This document shows positions 58,665 to 64,000 of a DNA stretch of 64,000 nucleotides, piece after piece. Position numbers and translations under genes: made by a program. The stretch is taken from the NCBI GenBank assembly GCA_963704725.1, contig OY969934.1, forward strand, positions 448,001 through 512,000. The letters are read 5' to 3'. This stretch comes from an uncultured Actinomycetes bacterium (GTDB lineage: Bacteria > Actinomycetota > UBA4738 > HRBIN12). The notes beneath the pieces were generated by a model that ran no database searches, had not been told where the DNA came from, and saw only the letters and a list, made by a program, of their open reading frames with translations. The stretch's first letter is position 1, and every line of letters begins with the position of its first letter.

Positions 58665-60590
58665 CTACGAGCCGAGCGCGACCCCCAACGCGGCGAGCGC
58701 GACGTAGATCACCAGGCCGCCCCCCACGAGCATGACCCGCAGGGCTCGCTGGATCGGCGAGCGCCCCACGGCGTAGTACGCGATCGGACCGAGGAGCGGG
58801 ATCGCGATCACGGCGGCCATCCACCCCACGCGGACGCGGTTGGGGACGGCCTCCTGCCGGGTGAGGTCCCACAGCGCGATCGAGACCCACGCGGAGTACA
58901 GGATCAGCGGCAGTGCGTAGGCGTACAACCCGATCAGCACGCCCCAGAAGCTGGTGGCGAGGGGGGCTCCGAGCACGGTGACCTCCTGGGAGACGTCGGA
59001 CGACTCGGGCACGTCGAGCGCCCGGGCGTCGCGGATGTGGACGGGCTGGGGGACGGCGACCTCGGCCACCGCGGGCAGCGGCGGGGCCTGCGCGGCGCCG
59101 GGCATGTTCTCCTGCGGCGAGGGCTCCGGCTGCGCCCGCCAGTCGCCGGTCTCGATGCCGCCGGCGTTCGCCTGCAGGAAGCGCGTGACCGGGCCGATCG
59201 TCGCGCCAAGGGAGCCGCCGGCCATCGGGCGCAGCCACGAGCCGCATCCGTTCCGCCACTCGATCGCGGCCGGCAGGCTCGTCGAGTAGTCGTTGCCGCT
59301 GAAGCAGTCCCCGCCCGCCGCCGGCGCGGCGAGGACGAGGTCGGCGTCGCCGGAGTTGCGGACGAGGTTGTCGCGGACCTCGTTGCCCTCCGTCAGCCAC
59401 AGGGTCCGGTCGGGCGAGGGCAGCAGCGCGATGCCGAAGTTCACGTGGTCCTGGACGAGGTTCTGCGTGACGACGTCGTCGCGACCGCCGTTGACGATGA
59501 TGCCGATGCCCAGGGACGGGTACTGCAGCGCCTTCGCCGGCGCGTCCGTGTTGTTGTTGTCGTGGACCCAGTTCCCGGCGATGACCATGCCGCGCTGCGG
59601 CGCGAGCGCCTCGGAGTCGAGCGTGTTCGGCACGATGCCGCTCATGTTGTCGCGCCATTCCGAGTTGACGACGAGCAGGTCGCCCCCGGCGTTCGTCCCG
59701 CTGAAGCCGAGCGCGTTGCTCTCGGCCAGCACGTCGGTCACGACGGCGTGGCACGGCTGGCACTGGCCGATGTAGAAGCCCGAGTCCGGATGCCCGCTCG
59801 CGTACGAGTGGTCGAACTGCCCGTACTGCGAGTCGTACGCGAAGACCCCGTAGTCGCCGTCGCCGTAGGCGGTGAGATAGGAGGCGCGGTAGCCGAACAC
59901 GCTCGACCACAGGAACCCGTTCAGCACGTAGTGGCGCGCGGTGAGGTTCTCGATCGCCACACCGTCGGCCTCGATCACCTGGATCCCGTTGTCGAGCTCG
60001 AACCCGCCGTCGAGGATCGTCCGGTTGCGGTCGAGCCCCCGGATCGTGAGGAACGGCGTCGTCACCACGACGGCCTCGCGGTACACGCCGGGTGAGATCA
60101 GCACGAGGCCCCCCGGCTCGGCCGAGTCGACGGCCTCCTGGATCGTGGGTACGTCCTTCGGCACACGAACCGTCGCTCCCGGCAGCGACGGCGGCGCCTC
60201 GCGTCCCGGTCCGACGTCCGAGGCGGCGCCGGGGACGGCGGCGTCGCCGACGAGCACGAGCCCGATCATGCCCGCCCCCGGCGATCCGTGGAGCGAGCAG
60301 TGGTACGGGTAGGCCCCGGCCTCGTCGAACGTGAACGCATACCCGGCGCCGGGTTGCAGCGTCCCGGACTCGAAGGAGCCGTCGTCGGCCGTCACGTCGT
60401 GCGGGCTGCGTCCCTCGTTGGACCACTCGATCCGCCCGCCGACGGGGATCCGGACGATCCTCGGTGAGAACGCGTTGTCGACCATCTCGACGTGTCGCTC
60501 GTCCTGAATAGCGGCGTGCGCCGTCGCGAGATGCAGCGGCAGCACGAGGATCGCGACCAGGGGGAGGAGGGCGCGCAGACGTCGGCGCAT
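58665..60590 (-). CDS. Secreted cupredoxin + right-handed beta-helix protein with C-terminal PLDc_N-type membrane anchor
   Basis: Type 1 Cu ligands PHDV and YHCSLHGSPGAGM; TIQEAVD..PGVYRE beta-helix cap; C-terminal W..VIAIPLLGPIAYY. Confidence 0.8.
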   Translation of the reverse strand: MRRRLRALLPLVAILVLPLHLATAHAAIQDERHVEMVDNAFSPRIVRIPVGGRIEWSNEGRSPHDVTADDGSFESGTLQPGAGYAFTFDEAGAYPYHCSLHGSPGAGMIGLVLVGDAAVPGAASDVGPGREAPPSLPGATVRVPKDVPTIQEAVDSAEPGGLVLISPGVYREAVVVTTPFLTIRGLDRNRTILDGGFELDNGIQVIEADGVAIENLTARHYVLNGFLWSSVFGYRASYLTAYGDGDYGVFAYDSQYGQFDHSYASGHPDSGFYIGQCQPCHAVVTDVLAESNALGFSGTNAGGDLLVVNSEWRDNMSGIVPNTLDSEALAPQRGMVIAGNWVHDNNNTDAPAKALQYPSLGIGIIVNGGRDDVVTQNLVQDHVNFGIALLPSPDRTLWLTEGNEVRDNLVRNSGDADLVLAAPAAGGDCFSGNDYSTSLPAAIEWRNGCGSWLRPMAGGSLGATIGPVTRFLQANAGGIETGDWRAQPEPSPQENMPGAAQAPPLPAVAEVAVPQPVHIRDARALDVPESSDVSQEVTVLGAPLATSFWGVLIGLYAYALPLILYSAWVSIALWDLTRQEAVPNRVRVGWMAAVIAIPLLGPIAYYAVGRSPIQRALRVMLVGGGLVIYVALAALGVALGS

Positions 60591-60647
60591 CGGCGCGGAG
60601 GGTAGCACCCGTGCCCGCTCGGTCCGCGGAGGCGTACCGTGGTGAGG

Positions 60648-62042
60648 ATGTCACCGGAGCGTCTCACCGCCCTCGACGCGTCGTTCCTGTACCTGGAGCG
60701 GCCGGCGGTGCACATGCACGTGGCCGGCCTGTCCGTGCTCGATCCGTCGACGCGGCCCGACGGACGGCTGCGGCTCGAGCACGTCGCGGCCGTGATGGCG
60801 TCGCGGCTGCACCTGGCGCCCCGCCTCCGGCAGAAGGTCGTGACCGTGCCCTTCGATCTCGCGCTGCCGGTGTGGGTGGACGACCCCTCCTTCGACCTCG
60901 GCTTCCACCTCCGCCGGGCCGCGCTGCCGGCGCCGGGCGGACGCCGGGAGCTCGCCGACCACGTCCAGCGTGTCCTGTCGAGACCGCTCGACCGGACCAG
61001 GCCGCTGTGGGAGCTGTACGTGATCGAGGGCCTGGAGGACGGGCTCGTCGCCTTGCTGATGAAGGTGCACCACGCGATGATCGACGGGCTCTCGGCGATG
61101 CGGCTCACCGCCGCGCTGTACGACCTGTCGCCCGAGCCGGCGTCCGAGGCCTCGCCGCAGCCCTGGTATCCCGAACCCGAGCCCTCGGCGCGGGACCTGC
61201 TGGAGCAGGCGGCGGTGGAGCTGGCGGGCCATCCCGTCCAGGCGGTCTCGACGGCGCTCGAGAACGTCCGGCGATCGCCGGCGCTGGCGGCGCTCGGCCT
61301 GGGGTCCGTCATGTCGGGGCTCCGAAGCGTGTTCGACATGGGCGCCCGGCCGTCCTCGCCCTTCGACGTCCGGATCGGCCCCAACCGCCGATTCGCCATG
61401 ACCGAGGCGCCCGTCCAGCGGTTCAAGGAGATCAAGGACGCCATGGGCGGGACCGTGAACGACGTGGTCCTCGCCGTCGTCGGGGGCGCGCTCTACCGCC
61501 TGCTGCGCTCGCGCCGGGAGCCGACGAAGGACCGCACGCTGCGGGTGCTCGTCCCGGTGTCGGTGCGCGGCGGGGGCGAGGCGGGGCTCGGCAACCGCGT
61601 CGCCCCGTCGTTCATCGACCTGCCCGTCGGGAGGATGTCGCCCAAGCGCCGCCTCGCCCTCGTGCGCGAGGGCACGCGTCACCTCAAGGACTCGATGATG
61701 GCGATGAGCGTCGACGCGATGATCTCGCTCGGCGCCTACGCCCCCGGTGGCCTGCTCGCCGCCGCCGCACGAGCCGCCAGCCGGGGACCGTGGTTCAACC
61801 TCGTCGTGTCGAACATCCCCGGCCCCCAGCAACCGATGTACATGGCCGGCGCCCGACTCGTCGCGAGCTATCCGTCGATGCCCCTCGGCGAGAATTCCGC
61901 GCTGTCGATCGCCTGCACGTCGCTCGCGGGCACGATGGCCTTCGGCCTCACCGGCGACTGGGACGGGATGCCCGACGTCGACCGCCTCGCGCTCGCCATC
62001 GACGAGTCCCTCGCCGAGCTGGCCAAGGGCGCCGGTCTCTAG
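60648..62042 (+). CDS. Wax ester synthase/diacylglycerol acyltransferase (WS/DGAT)
   Basis: RLTALDASFL, LDRTRPLWE, KVHHAMIDG, TVNDVVLA, NLVVSNIPGP. Confidence 0.93.
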   Translation: MSPERLTALDASFLYLERPAVHMHVAGLSVLDPSTRPDGRLRLEHVAAVMASRLHLAPRLRQKVVTVPFDLALPVWVDDPSFDLGFHLRRAALPAPGGRRELADHVQRVLSRPLDRTRPLWELYVIEGLEDGLVALLMKVHHAMIDGLSAMRLTAALYDLSPEPASEASPQPWYPEPEPSARDLLEQAAVELAGHPVQAVSTALENVRRSPALAALGLGSVMSGLRSVFDMGARPSSPFDVRIGPNRRFAMTEAPVQRFKEIKDAMGGTVNDVVLAVVGGALYRLLRSRREPTKDRTLRVLVPVSVRGGGEAGLGNRVAPSFIDLPVGRMSPKRRLALVREGTRHLKDSMMAMSVDAMISLGAYAPGGLLAAAARAASRGPWFNLVVSNIPGPQQPMYMAGARLVASYPSMPLGENSALSIACTSLAGTMAFGLTGDWDGMPDVDRLALAIDESLAELAKGAGL

Positions 62043-62045
62043 CGG

Positions 62046-62942
62046 TCACGACAGCTCGGCCAGCCAGCCCTCGACGGCCTCGAGCCAGCGCTCCGGGGCT
62101 TCCATCTGCGGGACGTGACCGACCTTGGGGAGCAGTCGCATCTGCCAGTCGGGATGGGCGGCGAGCGCGGCCTCCGCGTAGTGGAGCGGGACGAGGCGGT
62201 CCTCGCGTCCGTGGATCACCAGGACGGGGCCCTTCACCGAGGCCAGGATCCATGAGGCCGCCCGGCGACGTCGACCGAGCGCCATCAGCGACCGGGCCGA
62301 CTCGAGGAAGGCCGCGCCCGCGTCGTCGTCGGCCTGGTGGCGCAGGAGCTGCTCCACGTGCGCCCGCACCAGGTCGGGATCGATCGAGGAAGGGTCCGCC
62401 GCGACGATCCGCAACCCCAGTCGCACGGCCCGCTCGGCCTCGAGGCCGTTCAGGCGCTGACGGGAGACCCACTCGCCGACGCGGGGGACCTGGTAGAGGC
62501 CGAAGCCCACCATCACGATGGGAGCGGGAACCGCCCCCCGGACCCACGGGAACACGGAGTTCGACAGGACCAGGCCCTCGACCGAGGCCGGCTCGAGCGC
62601 CGCCTGGAGCATGGCGATCGCTCCCCCCATCGAGTTCCCGCACACGACCGCGTCACCCCCGACCATCCGCTCGATGAACGACGAAACGAGCCGGCGGTTG
62701 TCCGAGACCCGCGTGCGACGTCCCGCCCTCGGGGTCCGGCCGAACCCGGCCAGGTCGAGCGCGAGCACCCGCCCGTGCTTCGCGAGCCCCGGCCCGACGG
62801 CCAGCCAGGACAGCAGCGATCCGCCCAGGCCGTGCACGAGCACGAACGTCCGCTCGGCCGGTCCTTCCCACTCGACGTAGTGGGTCGGACCGTCGAGGTC
62901 GATCCATCGGCTCTGGGGAACCTCGATCGCCACCGTCGTCAC
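62046..62942 (-). CDS. Alpha/beta hydrolase
   Basis: VHGLGG, DLAGFG, GNSMGG, GREDRLVP, GHVPQME; GGAGG RBS. Confidence 0.9.
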   Translation of the reverse strand: MTTVAIEVPQSRWIDLDGPTHYVEWEGPAERTFVLVHGLGGSLLSWLAVGPGLAKHGRVLALDLAGFGRTPRAGRRTRVSDNRRLVSSFIERMVGGDAVVCGNSMGGAIAMLQAALEPASVEGLVLSNSVFPWVRGAVPAPIVMVGFGLYQVPRVGEWVSRQRLNGLEAERAVRLGLRIVAADPSSIDPDLVRAHVEQLLRHQADDDAGAAFLESARSLMALGRRRRAASWILASVKGPVLVIHGREDRLVPLHYAEAALAAHPDWQMRLLPKVGHVPQMEAPERWLEAVEGWLAELS

Positions 62943-63036
62943 CCTCCGTGCGCCGCAGCCATGATGCGCCGGGCGGACGCCTGCCGACGACCCCGGAGCT
63001 CCGAGGTCCCGGACGACGGGGGTAGACTCGGCCTCC

Positions 63037-64000
63037 ATGGTCCGGGTCCGCCTCCGCCCTCCGCTCCGCGAGCTCACGGGTGGGGAACGAGAGGTCTCCG
63101 TCGACGGCGCCACGGTGGGCGAGGCTCTCCTCCAGCTCGAGCGACGCCATCCCAAGCTGGCCGGCTGGATCCTGGACGATCAGGGCCGGGTGCGCGAGCA
63201 CGTCGCCGTCTTCCTGGACGGCGAGCGTGTGGGGGGAGAGGCCTCGGTGTCCGAGACGGCGAGCCTGGAGGTCATCGGCGCGGTCTCCGGCGGCTCCGAG
63301 CGCGCCGAGCTCCTCGTCGGCACGAAGAAGGGGCTGTTCGTGTTGCGGGGCGAGCGAGGCGGTCCGATGGACGTCGTCGCCCGCGCGTTCGCCGGCACGG
63401 CGGTCGAGTACGCGATGCGCGACCCGCGCACCGGGCGCTACTACGCGAGCGTGACGCACGGCCAGTTCGGCCCGCACCTGTATCTGACCGACGAGCCCAC
63501 CGGCGAATGGGAGCCGTGCGACGGCCCCCGGTTCGCGGACGGCGAGGACGCGAGCGTGAAGCGGATCTGGGTCGTGACGCCCGGCGAGGAGGACGGTCTC
63601 CTGTACGCGGGCGTGGACCCCGCCGCGCTCTTCGAGAGCCGTGACGGCGGCGCGACCTGGGAGCCGAACCGCGCCCTGTGGGATCACCCCGGCCGGCCCG
63701 ACTGGTTCCCCGGCGCCGGCGGCCTGATGGTCCATTCGATCGCGCCGTGGCCCGGCGACCCCGGCCGGCTCGCCATCGGCATCTCCTCCGTCGGGGTGTT
63801 CGTGACCGAAGACGGCGGATCCACGTGGGACGTGGGCAACGAGGGGATCGTGCCCCGGTACCTCCCCGAGGAGGCGCGATCACAGCCCTTCGGGCGGTGC
63901 GTCCACAACATGCACCGTTCACCCCTGCGGCCCGAGCGGCTGTTCATGCAGTTCCACGGGGGGGTCTACCGATCGGACGACGGCGGATGCTCGTGGACGG
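63037..64000 (+). CDS. MoaD/ThiS ubiquitin-like domain fused to a BNR/sialidase-like beta-propeller, runs off the window
   Basis: Manual translation: MVRVRLRPPLRELTGG...GATVGEAL..L...VAVFLDG...IGAVSGG continues in frame into SERAELLVGTKKGLF...SRDGGATW...TEDGGSTW...SDDGGCSW (Asp-box repeats). Confidence 0.85.
   Translation, partial: MVRVRLRPPLRELTGGEREVSVDGATVGEALLQLERRHPKLAGWILDDQGRVREHVAVFLDGERVGGEASVSETASLEVIGAVSGGSERAELLVGTKKGLFVLRGERGGPMDVVARAFAGTAVEYAMRDPRTGRYYASVTHGQFGPHLYLTDEPTGEWEPCDGPRFADGEDASVKRIWVVTPGEEDGLLYAGVDPAALFESRDGGATWEPNRALWDHPGRPDWFPGAGGLMVHSIAPWPGDPGRLAIGISSVGVFVTEDGGSTWDVGNEGIVPRYLPEEARSQPFGRCVHNMHRSPLRPERLFMQFHGGVYRSDDGGCSWT

Noticed and set aside
288-63735. Numerous long overlapping ORFs in the track (e.g. 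288-1367, 11225-12676, 25251-27446, 49411-52600, 55921-58707)
   Set aside because: Antisense or off-frame shadows of real genes caused by high GC; Arg/Pro/Gly-rich or motif-free translations.
1-64000. rRNA, tRNA, CRISPR arrays, transposases, integrases, defence systems
   Set aside because: None recognised; composition is uniform and intergenic gaps are short.

Overview
Very GC-rich, gene-dense bacterial chromosomal window. Gene content and promoter style suggest an uncultured Actinomycetota-like genome (inference). I find about 60 CDS and no rRNA, tRNA, CRISPR array or mobile element. From left to right: a family III CoA-transferase; an Opp/Dpp peptide ABC operon whose oppABC part (about 4.1-8.0 kb) is riddled with indels; a gamma-glutamylation amine-catabolic cluster (C45 peptidase, PuuD-like hydrolase, GATase, GS-like ligase, Eat-type permease, SDR, ALDH) interrupted by a GntR-aldolase-polyol dehydrogenase-FGGY kinase operon; housekeeping genes (greA, CDP-alcohol phosphatidyltransferase, Rieske ferredoxin, zwf, trpB2, mutY, alaX); an ECF42/DGPF pair with its cognate promoter; an MBOAT/SGNH O-acetylation pair; and znuACB-zur with a Zur box. 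The best candidate for an undescribed system is 42.7-52.6 kb. It holds three tandem lipoprotein paralogs of the PafA/NPP alkaline-phosphatase superfamily that appear circularly permuted, each with a Cys pair at the new termini. A divergent, catalytically dead fourth paralog is translationally coupled to a YcgR/YcgQ-type permease pair. Downstream lies a 1126-aa membrane protein fusing a GT-C-like region to an MFS domain. At the right edge, a MoaD/ThiS ubiquitin-like domain is fused in frame through its GG motif to a BNR beta-propeller; this ORF is absent from the supplied track.
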